This document shows positions 19,608 through 29,089 of a DNA stretch of 64,000 nt, one piece after another. The stretch comes from a virus (Duplodnaviria > Caudoviricetes): IMG/VR virus record IMGVR_UViG_3300028832_000100. One strand, 5' to 3'. Numbering within the stretch: position 1 is the first letter of the stretch; the number at the start of each line of letters is the position of its first letter. The position numbers were made by a program, and so were the translations under genes. Under the pieces are notes generated by a model. The model was not told the origin of the DNA and did not search any database. It was given only the letters and a program-made list of their open reading frames with translations.

Positions 19608-21437
19608 TTATTTCTTTCCAACAAGAACTCTTCCGTAGATTCTCTTTGCGTTTCCGTCCTTGTTTTCTTTTGCATTGTATTTATAAGTTAAACTTTCTGC
19701 AATAAATTTGCTTCCATCTACCTTACCAGTAAATGTAAATGCTCTCTTGCAGTTTGAAATACCTTTGTTTTCTCCGAGGATCTTAACCTTTCCTGTCTTT
19801 GTCTTGCATACTGACTCAAACATAAAGGAAGTATCTCTGTTCTTACCTGACTTAAATCCGATTACACCTTCAACGATGAGTTTTCCATCTTCAAGTTTGC
19901 AACTTTTTGACTTGAATGAATTTACATTCTCATAAACTCTCTTCAAATAACTTTCTCCAAGTTCATCGATCTGTTCTTCATCAACCTCATCGATGTCATC
20001 AAGACTAATTTCATCAGACTTGATTTCCTCAATGGTTTCGTCAGAAGCAGGAACAATCATTTCGTCTTTTGACTCTCCTTCTTCTTTCTTCTCGGTTTCA
20101 ATACGGATTTTTTCTTTGTCGGTTTCGACCTCTATTTTTTCAACAGATTCTTCAACCTTCTTATCTTTTTTAGAACATTTCTCTGACTTGCAACTTTCTT
20201 CAAGTGTGCCAATATAAGAGAACACTTCTTCCTTTTCCTCGTCTGTGTCATAAACACCGGCACATTCTTTATCTACAAATTCAAGTGCAACATCTGCGCC
20301 AGAGCGACCGACCTTTTTCTTGAACTTTTCCCACTCATCTGCAATGGTGGCAAGTTCTCCGTAAGACAGACCTTCTTTGATTTCTTTCTTCTCGTCATCT
20401 CTTTGAGCATCAGCATCGTCAATCGTTTTCTTCAATGCTTTCCTTGCTTTTTCAACACGGTTGTCGCGCTTTGCATCAATACGATCTGTTTTAGAAGTCT
20501 TATCTTCTTTTACTTTCTTAAATGTTTTCTTTACAGACTTTCCACAGGATTCTTCCATGCTCTGTGGGTAATCAGAAGCAATTTGATTTCTACTGTCTGC
20601 CTTAAACCCATGTTGCTTCAAAAACTCTTTTACATGACGGAGAGTGGTGGCAGACAAATCCCACTTCGGTAGAAGAGTAACTTCACCCTTTTCAATTATT
20701 GCAACTGGTGTATCATAAGAGTAAAGTGTTTCCTTATCCCCTTGAACATCTACCTGTGCTTTCCCACCAAAAGACTTTCTGCTATCAAATTGAGTGTTGA
20801 GACCATAAATTGGAGATTCTTTAAGACCGTTTTTCTTTAACTGATAGTCTCTATCGGAATCAGCATCATCTTTCTTACGCATGAATCTCGCTCTTGCTCT
20901 TTCTTTTTTGTTATCTGCAATAGCGTCGATATCGTCACGAGTTCTAGGAGTTACTTTTCTTCCCTCTTTGAGAGATTCTCCAAGACCTTCTTCATCGGTG
21001 AAGTCATCTTCTTTTTCGGAAACCTTGACTTTTTCCTCGTCGCCTTTTTCTCCCTCTTCTGTCTTGTTTTCAACTTCCAACTCAACATCAGAATAGGGTG
21101 CTACTTCACCAATAACTTCAAACCCACCAACATCATGGCAGTAAGGACATTCCACTGAAATATCAACAAGGTCAGAATCTTCATCATAAGTAATCTTGTC
21201 CTTGTCTGCGTAGTGCATGGTATGGCAAATCGGGCAGTTGAGAATTACTTTTCCAACATAGGAATCTTCAATATCCCCTTCGTCATCTGCTTCCATGTCA
21301 ATGACTTCAACAGTTTCATCTGCAATGTCATCATCAAGAAAATCCTTTAACTTTTCTGTGCCTTCCTTTGAGAGTTCAAAAAGTTCTTCATCAAGGCAAT
21401 CAAGTTTTTTGAAGGCTTCAGCTATATAATTAGCCAT
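19608..21437 (-). CDS. Acidic multi-module protein with Zn ribbon; putative processed internal head protein
   Basis: CPIC/CPYC; repeated ESLKE/LEES-type motifs; LYSYDTPVA...SATTLRHVKEF module. Confidence 0.55.
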   Translation of the reverse strand: MANYIAEAFKKLDCLDEELFELSKEGTEKLKDFLDDDIADETVEVIDMEADDEGDIEDSYVGKVILNCPICHTMHYADKDKITYDEDSDLVDISVECPYCHDVGGFEVIGEVAPYSDVELEVENKTEEGEKGDEEKVKVSEKEDDFTDEEGLGESLKEGRKVTPRTRDDIDAIADNKKERARARFMRKKDDADSDRDYQLKKNGLKESPIYGLNTQFDSRKSFGGKAQVDVQGDKETLYSYDTPVAIIEKGEVTLLPKWDLSATTLRHVKEFLKQHGFKADSRNQIASDYPQSMEESCGKSVKKTFKKVKEDKTSKTDRIDAKRDNRVEKARKALKKTIDDADAQRDDEKKEIKEGLSYGELATIADEWEKFKKKVGRSGADVALEFVDKECAGVYDTDEEKEEVFSYIGTLEESCKSEKCSKKDKKVEESVEKIEVETDKEKIRIETEKKEEGESKDEMIVPASDETIEEIKSDEISLDDIDEVDEEQIDELGESYLKRVYENVNSFKSKSCKLEDGKLIVEGVIGFKSGKNRDTSFMFESVCKTKTGKVKILGENKGISNCKRAFTFTGKVDGSKFIAESLTYKYNAKENKDGNAKRIYGRVLVGKK

Positions 21438-21508
21438 TTTACAAAATACCTCTCTTAAATAAATATATTTTCAATGGCTACTATTATAGCCAAAAATGAA
21501 GTTCATAA

Positions 21509-22222
21509 TTAGTCTACTGGATATGGTAAAGACATATTGGTATCAAGGAACTCTCTCAATGCCGTAAGTTCTGTATTTCCTTCTTCCAACATTGTTTCCC
21601 CGTCTTGTGTCCATAAAGCATTGGATTGAGTAAATCTTGTTCTTATTCTTCCAAGAGCAATTTTACATCTTGCTAATGACATTCTATGAATAATATCAAT
21701 CCAGAAATCAGATGTAATCTGTGACACATCATCAAATCTCGGTATATATTCTATTGTTATCGCTTGCGGAAAATCATAAGAGCAATTTACATATAATTTT
21801 TCAGAAGGTTTATCATACCGATATGTCAAGTCTGTTGAAATTGTATTTCTTATCTGTAATGCTATGTTCCATGCAGCATAGTTCTGTGCAAATGTTTGTA
21901 TGCCATAAGTACCACCATTACCCGAAAGCATCTGCCATTGAGCAAGATACATGGGATCCATTGGTGTTCCTAACTCACCTTCTCCACCAACCATATATCC
22001 AACGGCACGATAAACGGCTGCAACGGAACTTATCTCATATTTTGAAACATCAATACAAGGACTATATGGGACAGTAACTATTGCTGTTGTATTTATATAT
22101 CTCTGTACTTCTCTTAATGAGGAAGATATCGCTAAGGCAAGCGCAGAGTCGTCAATCTCTAAGGTAAGAACACCACCGGATAACTCAAATTTTATTTCTT
22201 CCATGAGAGCAGACATATCCAT
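21509..22222 (-). CDS. Neck/head-tail adaptor (gp13-like)
   Basis: ALGRIRTRF...DGETMLEEG C-terminus; directly after the capsid gene. Confidence 0.7.
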   Translation of the reverse strand: MDMSALMEEIKFELSGGVLTLEIDDSALALAISSSLREVQRYINTTAIVTVPYSPCIDVSKYEISSVAAVYRAVGYMVGGEGELGTPMDPMYLAQWQMLSGNGGTYGIQTFAQNYAAWNIALQIRNTISTDLTYRYDKPSEKLYVNCSYDFPQAITIEYIPRFDDVSQITSDFWIDIIHRMSLARCKIALGRIRTRFTQSNALWTQDGETMLEEGNTELTALREFLDTNMSLPYPVD

Positions 22223-22359
22223 CGGTAATTCCTCCTTTTAATTATCAGTCAGAAGGGCGTTAAATGAATAACGCCCTTCTTCATATTTTTGCTCTACAAT
22301 TCTATACAATTTTAGCAAGAATATTTCCCTGCTTATTGTATGTTCTGATACAATTTCTA

Positions 22360-25300
22360 TCAGCCAGCAGTAGCAGTGTATACAGGACTTGCGTTAGTAC
22401 CATATACACGAGAAGCACCCTCAACCTTACCTGCAACAAGAAGCAGAGGATTGAGAACCTTCAGATCGTACATTGTGGACCCAATTGTATTTATTATAAG
22501 TCGCTACCTTATAACGGGAATCTTCTTCCCCTCTTACTTTCATAAGAGTTTAGACTATATCTTCATCCTTTTCAGGATGCACACCATTTCGGATTTGCTT
22601 AAATCCTACTCCCATATTTGGGATAGTCGTTGAACCTTCAGATCAAAGATCAGCTTGGCTGCTGATTGCCCATTGCATCTTTCATTTAGGTTTGCGCCTT
22701 GTGAAAATCCATTCTATTGTTTCTACTTTCGTAACCATTTAGGTTAGAATGGCTTTAGGGGTTTCCAGCAATTAAATGTGTTATTTTTACTACACATTAC
22801 TGTGTAGCAGACCTTTACGCTGACTTCTTATGCAGCGTATTCCAAGCCTTGAGTAGTTCCACCGTCGCTGTACTGCAACAGCTGAGTGGGAACAACTGGC
22901 ATATCGTTTATGTTTTATGTGGATCACTACACCACATATTGCTTATTAGCAACTCTATATTTCTATAGAGACCAGACTATATTATCATCTTTTCAGATGT
23001 GTAACCTTTCGGATTCGTTTGAACCCTACACCGCGCTACCGGTTAGTCGTTGAACCTTTTCCTATTCGGAACTTGGCTGCTGATTGCCCAATCCAAATAA
23101 TTTTCAAACATTCGCACTTATCCTTTCAGATTATGCTGTAGTTTATTTGGCTCTAAGGGTTTTCCAGCAATTAGTTACATTATCAATTGATTATTTCTAA
23201 TCAATGCCACTATAGATTGGATTGTTTTTAAGCAACCAATTCTAATGGAGCGTACACAGCTGCACTACTCATCATGTCCTCACCGTTAAGACCAAATGCA
23301 AACTTACCGGATGCAATGGAAGGAGATACAAAGATCTTGATTCCATTATAGGTCTGTTTTCTTTTCTATCAATCGTTACTTGATAGAGATAATTTCTTAT
23401 CCTCTTACTTTCATAAGAGCAGAGACTATATCTTCACCCAACGCATTGGGTGCAACCCATTTCGATACCACTTGATATCTACTCCAGATTTGGTCTGGAT
23501 AGTCGTTGAACCTTTTCCTATTCGGAACTTGGCTGCTGATTACCTAATCATAGCAACTTCTTAAAACTATCACAATTTGGCTTGTTTCATCCATTTGTTG
23601 TAGTGTACTACGCTCTAAAGGTTTTCCAGCAATTAGAGTTGTCTATTATTCTGCACATCTCTGTGCAGCCTGGCTATAAAGTTTAACCAGCAAGATATGG
23701 ACCGTTTACACGGGAGATTCCTTCAGCGGGTTTGAATCCACTAAGGAAGGAAATAACACGAAGAACATCAGGAGCGATCAGCATGTAGTTAGGACTGACT
23801 ATTGTGTTTACTGAAAATCGCTACTTTTCAGCACGATAATATACATGCTTGATATTATCGTCACATACTTTCATATGTGTACAGACTATATCTTCACCCT
23901 ATTTAATAGGGGCAACTCACTTCGATTTCGCTTGAAATCTACTCCATAAAGGATAGTCGTTGGGGCTGTAACTACTTGAGTTCCCTGCCTGCTGATTTCC
24001 CAATCCTCTAACTTTTCAAACCTTCATATCTTCATCGCTGAAATACTGTGGTATAGAGGCTATAAGGGGTTTCCAGCATATCGAGTTGTTTATTTTTACG
24101 CTACATCACTGTAACGAGAAGCTATAAAATTTAACTTCTGAGTTCTGTTGTAAATAATGACACGACCTGCTTCGATGATATCTGCAAATGACTCAAAGTG
24201 CTGAGCCATAGAAATACCAACAGGAACAGTGCGGTCAAAAGTAAGGGTGGCAAGTTCATCAACAGATGTTGCTTCCTCTGCAGTCTTCACAAGAAGATTG
24301 ACTACTTCAGTGTCAATTTCCAAATATGTTACGAATAAGTCAATTTCGCTTATTCTCTATAACTTATGTATTTGTTATAGTTCAGACTATATCATGTACC
24401 TATATTGATTTATCCTTTATAGGTACCCATGCACTTCCACCTCTTTGAGGTGTACTCTACTCATTTATTCATCTGAATATTTCTTTCAGATTATACTTTC
24501 GATAGTCGTTGAGCGTTATTTATTTAGATGATACTATGTACCATCCTTGATTTATATAAGCATCAATATTAAAATCTTGAATCATTCTGTATTTAGGAAA
24601 TATCACATCGTGTGACATTTTTCTTCTTCCTAAATGTGAAAGCCTATCAAGAAGTTTCTGATTTTCTGACTGGGATTTTCCAAACATTCCATTATTTTCA
24701 CCAGACGACAATGCACTGTGTAGCATCTTTAATTCATCTGACTGATGCCAACGATTTCCATAATTACTGTTTTTAGAACCAATTCTTTCGGTTCTAAACT
24801 TTTTCTTCGTTTCATCAGAATGTTTGCGACCTTTGAACATCGGTCCTCCCGGTCCACAATCTCCACCCTTACGTTTGTTGTATCCAACCAATGGGTTTCT
24901 TGAATCTAATTTATCAATCCAGAAGATTTCCTTCTGATTTAATTCATCTAAACTGTCTGCGGAATCTATCATCTCAACAGACAATCTTTCTTCAAGTGGT
25001 ATATTGTCTTGCAAGCATTTCTTTCTTATTCTTGAAATAAGAAGACCACTTCCAACGTACTTAATACCAACAAACTTGCTTGAGTGGTGTTTTCCAACGT
25101 AAATTTTTCCGTTAGATAGATCAGTTGTTTTATAAATATATCCAAACATTTTATACCTCCGAAGTACAAAACATAATAAAAGTGCGGTAATCTGAAATTT
25201 CGGAGATTTCAGAATTGGTAGCTACTCCCTTGTCCCGCACAATATATGATACAATTTTATATTGTGCTTTATATCAAGTTTTCAATAAATCTTCGCTGCT

Positions 25301-27355
25301 GATTGCCATGCAGATGACACTAATCTGCAAGGTTTTCCAGCAATTCACATGGTTTTCACTAATATATTGCTATATTAGGCTACAAAAAGTTTATAGTTCA
25401 GTTCTGCAACAGCACGTTCTGCCAGCTGCTCTCCAAGATCAAAACCATAATCCTGCTTTGCCTGCCATGCAGCAATGTTTGAATAGTACACGGCAATTCT
25501 ACGCGCTTTTGCAAGCAGAGGCATAGCCTTCATCTCAGCAGTGAGAATAGGAAGATCGTTCTGAGGAATGACAACATTATTATAGTTGTAATTGAATACA
25601 ACATTACCAGTGATTCCGCTAGTAAGAGTGATAGCAGGAGTGCCAGTAGAGTAAATCTGTTCAACACCGTTGTAAGCAACACCCTTGGTAGCAGTATTAC
25701 CATAAACGATAGTACCTGCTTCGGATGCGCCAGTAATGTTCTTCACAAAACGACCAGCGACACCTTCGAGATGTCCGTTGTTAGGATCAACTGCTTCGGT
25801 TACATAGTTAGTAACAACTGTAACAGCTGCTCCATCTGCATAACTGTAGATTTTACCGTTACCATCATCAAGGTAGTTAGTGGTGCCAACCTTGAAGGAA
25901 ACGGTGCCGGGGACTACAGGACCCCAGTTAAGAGCGATTGAGGTAGTAGAATCTGCAAAACTCTTGGATTCTTCAACCTTAGATGCTGTGAAATCGGTGT
26001 CAACCTTTCCACGAGCAAAAGGATTCTCAATCAGATCACCAACGCTTGTCTTACCTTTATTTGAGCCATATGAGTATTCAAGATAGTTTACCAATTGTGT
26101 TACGAATACTTCGCTTATAAAAGTATTCTCTGCATATTTCTATGCAGTTCGGACTATATTATCAGCCAAGATTGTTTTGTCCTCTCTTGGTTGCCAGCTC
26201 TTTCCATTCCACTTGGAATGTACTCTACTCACTTCTTCACAAGAATATTTCTTTCTTGCTATGCTTTCGATAGTCTCTGAACCTCCCACTATACAATGGT
26301 TTGGCTGCTGATTGTCCTTTCGGAGTTTCCAGCAATTTAACTGGTTTTTGTCATTCATGTTACCATGAAAGGGTTACGTCATGCTACATAACCACTCATG
26401 CTCGACATCGGGTAAGTAATTACCAAATCACATTTATCTTGCGTGTAAATCGTTTCCACTTACACTCTTATCATCACTGATAAGATGAGACTATATCATA
26501 GTCCAAACTTGATTTATCCTTATTTGGATTCCATGCACTTCGACTTCACTTGAAGCCTACTCTACTCATTTATTCTCTATTGTTTTTCTCAATAGATATA
26601 CTTTCGATAGTCGTTGAACCTTCCTGCCAAATTAGGCAGACTTGGTTGCTGATTGTCTTAATGGCTAATTTTTAAGACTTCCCAGCAATTCACATGGTTT
26701 TTTCTGCAAACATTACTATTTGCAGCCTCTGTTAAAAGGCAATAAGATTTGGTACGGTAATATTTACCAAATTTAGTGCAAATTTCTTAACATTTTTATT
26801 GCAATATGCACAATTATGCATATTTCTTGATATTACTATCAAGATTAGACTATATCATCATCCAATATTGCTTTTACCCTTTATTGGATGCCTCGCGCTT
26901 CGGAAACTTTTGCTCCTACTCTACTCATTTACTCATCATCATTTTTCTTGATAACTACATTTTCGATAGTCGTTAAACCTTCCGTTCAAAGAACGGCTTG
27001 GATTTTTGTTGTCCTACTGATTGCACTATTTCAATAGGAGTTTCAAAAAGTTCACGAGGTTTTCTACATAATATGAATTTAAGGGCTAACTTCTTAAATT
27101 GTTCTCATATCTGTAGGATCTCAATAAATATTACTATTTATTGCTCCTTTATATGGGAAAGAGTCCCATGTCGGAACGCTGGGTTCCAACGGAGTTCTCA
27201 AACTGCTCAGTGAGAAACTTGGAAGTGTTGTCAAGAAGTCTTGCAACAGCAATCTTCTTGGCTTCAGTAATGCGAGTACCGTTGTGTGCCTTCATGTGAA
27301 CACGGTCGGCAACAGCAAGACGGTTCTTGTACTGTTCAAATAGTTTGTTAGCCAT
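22360..27355 (-). CDS. Major capsid protein (T4 gp23-like), 527 aa, 9 exons: 27355-27160, 26790-26736, 26430-26388, 26091-25393, 24320-24134, 23798-23686, 23353-23245, 22904-22845, 22481-22360
   Basis: Spliced frame is 1584 nt with no internal stop and restores gp23-type motifs across junctions: PNLIAF|DLVITYPMSSMSGY|V, AELNY|EIDTEV, KF|SPNYMLIAP, GPYLAG|TYNG, AVYAPY|MP, QGW|STMY. Follows the prohead protease. Confidence 0.93.
22482..22844 (-). ncRNA. Group I intron 8 (363 nt)
   Basis: P1 AGGCU/GGUCU with a UACGCUG/CAGCGUA loop hairpin; all core motifs; terminal G. Confidence 0.88.
22905..23244 (-). ncRNA. Group I intron 7 (340 nt)
   Basis: P1 CCAU/GUGG with an extended P1 loop hairpin; all core motifs; terminal G. 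Confidence 0.88.
23354..23685 (-). ncRNA. Group I intron 6 (332 nt)
   Basis: P1 CUGGU/GCCAG; all core motifs; terminal G. Confidence 0.9.
23799..24133 (-). ncRNA. Group I intron 5 (335 nt)
   Basis: P1 GAAGU/GCUUC; AUGCUGGAAA, AAUCAGCAGG, CCAACGACUA, AAGAUAUAGUCU; terminal G. Confidence 0.9.
24321..25392 (-). mobile_element. Group I intron 4 (1072 nt) containing a GIY-YIG homing endonuclease
   Basis: P1 CUAU/GUAG; core motifs present, ORF lies between Q (AAUCAGCAGC) and R (CUCAACGACUA); terminal G. Confidence 0.92.
24520..25149 (-). CDS. GIY-YIG homing endonuclease with NUMOD3-like repeats
   Basis: GYIYKTT...KIYVGKH, E-x-FWI, GYN; MFKGRKHSDETK and NGMFGK repeats; SD GGAGGT. Confidence 0.9.
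   Translation of the reverse strand: MFGYIYKTTDLSNGKIYVGKHHSSKFVGIKYVGSGLLISRIRKKCLQDNIPLEERLSVEMIDSADSLDELNQKEIFWIDKLDSRNPLVGYNKRKGGDCGPGGPMFKGRKHSDETKKKFRTERIGSKNSNYGNRWHQSDELKMLHSALSSGENNGMFGKSQSENQKLLDRLSHLGRRKMSHDVIFPKYRMIQDFNIDAYINQGWYIVSSK
26092..26387 (-). ncRNA. Group I intron 3 (296 nt)
   Basis: P1 GGUUAU/GUAACC; AAUUGCUGGAAA, AAUCAGCAGCC, UUCAGAGACUA, AAUAUAGUCC; terminal G. Confidence 0.9.
26431..26735 (-). ncRNA. Group I intron 2 (305 nt)
   Basis: P1 GCCUU/GAGGC; AAUUGCUGGGAA, AAUCAGCAAC, UUCAACGACUA, GAUAUAGUCU; terminal G. Confidence 0.9.
26791..27159 (-). ncRNA. Group I intron 1 of capsid gene (369 nt)
   Basis: 5' exon CUCU pairs with GGAG (U.G at splice site); P3 CCUCGUG/CGCGAGG; R UUAACGACUA; S GAUAUAGUCU; terminal G. 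Confidence 0.88.
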
Positions 27356-27377
27356 AGTTTTAGTTTTTCCTTTTTTG

Positions 27378-28970
27378 TTATTGAATAAATTTTTGCACGA
27401 ATGACTCATCAATCATGTCATCAGAAGAAATATTATTTGCTTCTCTTTCAATCATGCTGTCATTCGATTCGGAAATTCTCATCCTCTTTTGAGTTAATGA
27501 GAAGGGCAACTTGCTAACATTCAATGCGTGTTGCTCTACACTTTCACAAATTCTATCAATATCATTGAAGGAATAATTTTGGGGTAACTGTCTCTTAATT
27601 TCAGAATCAGACACCCCTAAATGTAGTGCCTTCATACTGATGTACTTGTTTACGGCAGTCTTTGCTACACGCTTGTACTGTTCAACAAGTTGTGTTTGTT
27701 CGTTGATTTTTTTCTCGTACTTCTCTTGAAGTTGAGATAGGTTTTCTTGGTATTCTTTGTTCTTAATGGAAGAATTCTTTTTCATATCAGAAATACTCTC
27801 CACAAGGGACTTCTTCTCTCTTTCAAAAGATTCCTTCAAAGAAATATTCTCTTTCCTTGCTTCATTCAACCTGCAATGAAGTTCGTTTGAAGATTCTTTC
27901 TTTTCATCCAAACTTTCTTGAATACGCTTTGCGGAAGCTCTTTGCATGCGAATTTGACCTTCAAGATCACGAGAACTGTTTTCCAATTTTCTAATCTCTT
28001 GGTCTTTTTCTTGCAAATCTTCTGTAAGTTTCTGAACCTCTGCTTTTAACTTTGATTCAGATTTTTTGGAATCACTCAATGTAACTACTGCACTCTTGTA
28101 CCGACTAACTTCTTCTACAAGTTTGGTTTCTTTTGCATAGCAAACTGATAACTGCTCTTGGAGAGAAATTATCTGTTCCTTAAGTTTTTCGTTAGCACCC
28201 AATGCTTCCTGCAATTCCTTGACTGTTGTTGCCATGACATCATCACCTGCAACGACTTCTTCAGAATCGTTTTCTTTATTACTGTCTTCCTCTATATTAT
28301 CGACGTTTTCGGTGTCGTTAATATCAATATCCAATTCTTTTAGTTGCTCTTCCATAACCCTCTTATCATCAGCACTTGCATGTTCCAACGATTCTTTAAG
28401 AGCTTGTTTGAGTGACTTCTTATTTGATAAAGACTCTGTTACATATTTCAGTCTTGCTTCTTTCACTGCTGGAACAAGAACGGCATCCCAACACTCACAC
28501 TCAAAAGTAGATGGCTCAACAGATTCAGATCCGTCCATCTCCTCATAAGTATCTCCTGTCCCTCTGCTTGAAACACCGATGTGGCTTCCATAATCACAAA
28601 GAGTTTTCAAAATTCTTCCACAAGGAGTGTCAAGAATATCAAAAACACCATGAATTTTTCCATCACTACCCTTTTTAGGCATCTCTGCCATACAGATAGC
28701 AATCTTTTCCGGATCAACTTCGGTTCTTTCTGCTGGATGACCAAATTCACCTACAAAGACTTTTTCTCTGATTTTCTCTTCTGTAAGTGGATCACTGAAA
28801 AACTTTTCCCACAATTTCTCGCTATAAAAACGATTGTTTCTTGTGGGGTTTTTCATATCAGCAATAACACCTACAAGTCTACCTAAAATTCCTCTGCTAG
28901 CCTGTTCTTCGGCTGACAGTTTATTGTATTCCATTTCTTTTACTGCATTGTAACTTTCTAACATCTGCAA
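27378..28970 (-). CDS. Prohead protease (gp21-like) fused to a coiled-coil scaffold
   Basis: NNRFYS, GEFGHP, LDTPCGRIL, GVSSRGTG, WDAVLVPA, then about 300 aa of coiled coil. Confidence 0.9.
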   Translation of the reverse strand: MQMLESYNAVKEMEYNKLSAEEQASRGILGRLVGVIADMKNPTRNNRFYSEKLWEKFFSDPLTEEKIREKVFVGEFGHPAERTEVDPEKIAICMAEMPKKGSDGKIHGVFDILDTPCGRILKTLCDYGSHIGVSSRGTGDTYEEMDGSESVEPSTFECECWDAVLVPAVKEARLKYVTESLSNKKSLKQALKESLEHASADDKRVMEEQLKELDIDINDTENVDNIEEDSNKENDSEEVVAGDDVMATTVKELQEALGANEKLKEQIISLQEQLSVCYAKETKLVEEVSRYKSAVVTLSDSKKSESKLKAEVQKLTEDLQEKDQEIRKLENSSRDLEGQIRMQRASAKRIQESLDEKKESSNELHCRLNEARKENISLKESFEREKKSLVESISDMKKNSSIKNKEYQENLSQLQEKYEKKINEQTQLVEQYKRVAKTAVNKYISMKALHLGVSDSEIKRQLPQNYSFNDIDRICESVEQHALNVSKLPFSLTQKRMRISESNDSMIEREANNISSDDMIDESFVQKFIQ

Positions 28971-29089
28971 TACTCCTGTACCGTTTTTTAGTCGAACCGA
29001 CTATTTTAGAATTTTTTTGTCAGACAAAAATCTGAACAGTGTCTATATAATAATTTAGCAGAAAATTTTTTCGCAAATTCTTATATTTT

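Noticed and set aside
25215-25235. yybP-ykoY riboswitch suggested by AAGGGAGUAGC
   Set aside because: The rest of the four-way junction and the 3' GAGACC strand are absent; context is an endonuclease leader.
26140-26358. 72-aa ORF in intron 3, and other short ORFs at 22264-22633, 25215-25526, 26095-26280, 26998-27213
   Set aside because: They translate ribozyme core motifs or the antisense of exons; no SD or domain evidence.
22482-27159. IStron (group I intron fused to an IS605/IS607 element) or group II introns
   Set aside because: No tnpA/tnpB or IS ends inside the introns, no GUGYG...AY ends and no reverse transcriptase.
24096-27412. ORF-track pieces of 75, 239 and 87 aa as separate genes, or a decayed capsid pseudogene
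   Set aside because: They are exons 5, 4 and 1 with read-in from introns; splicing restores a perfect frame.
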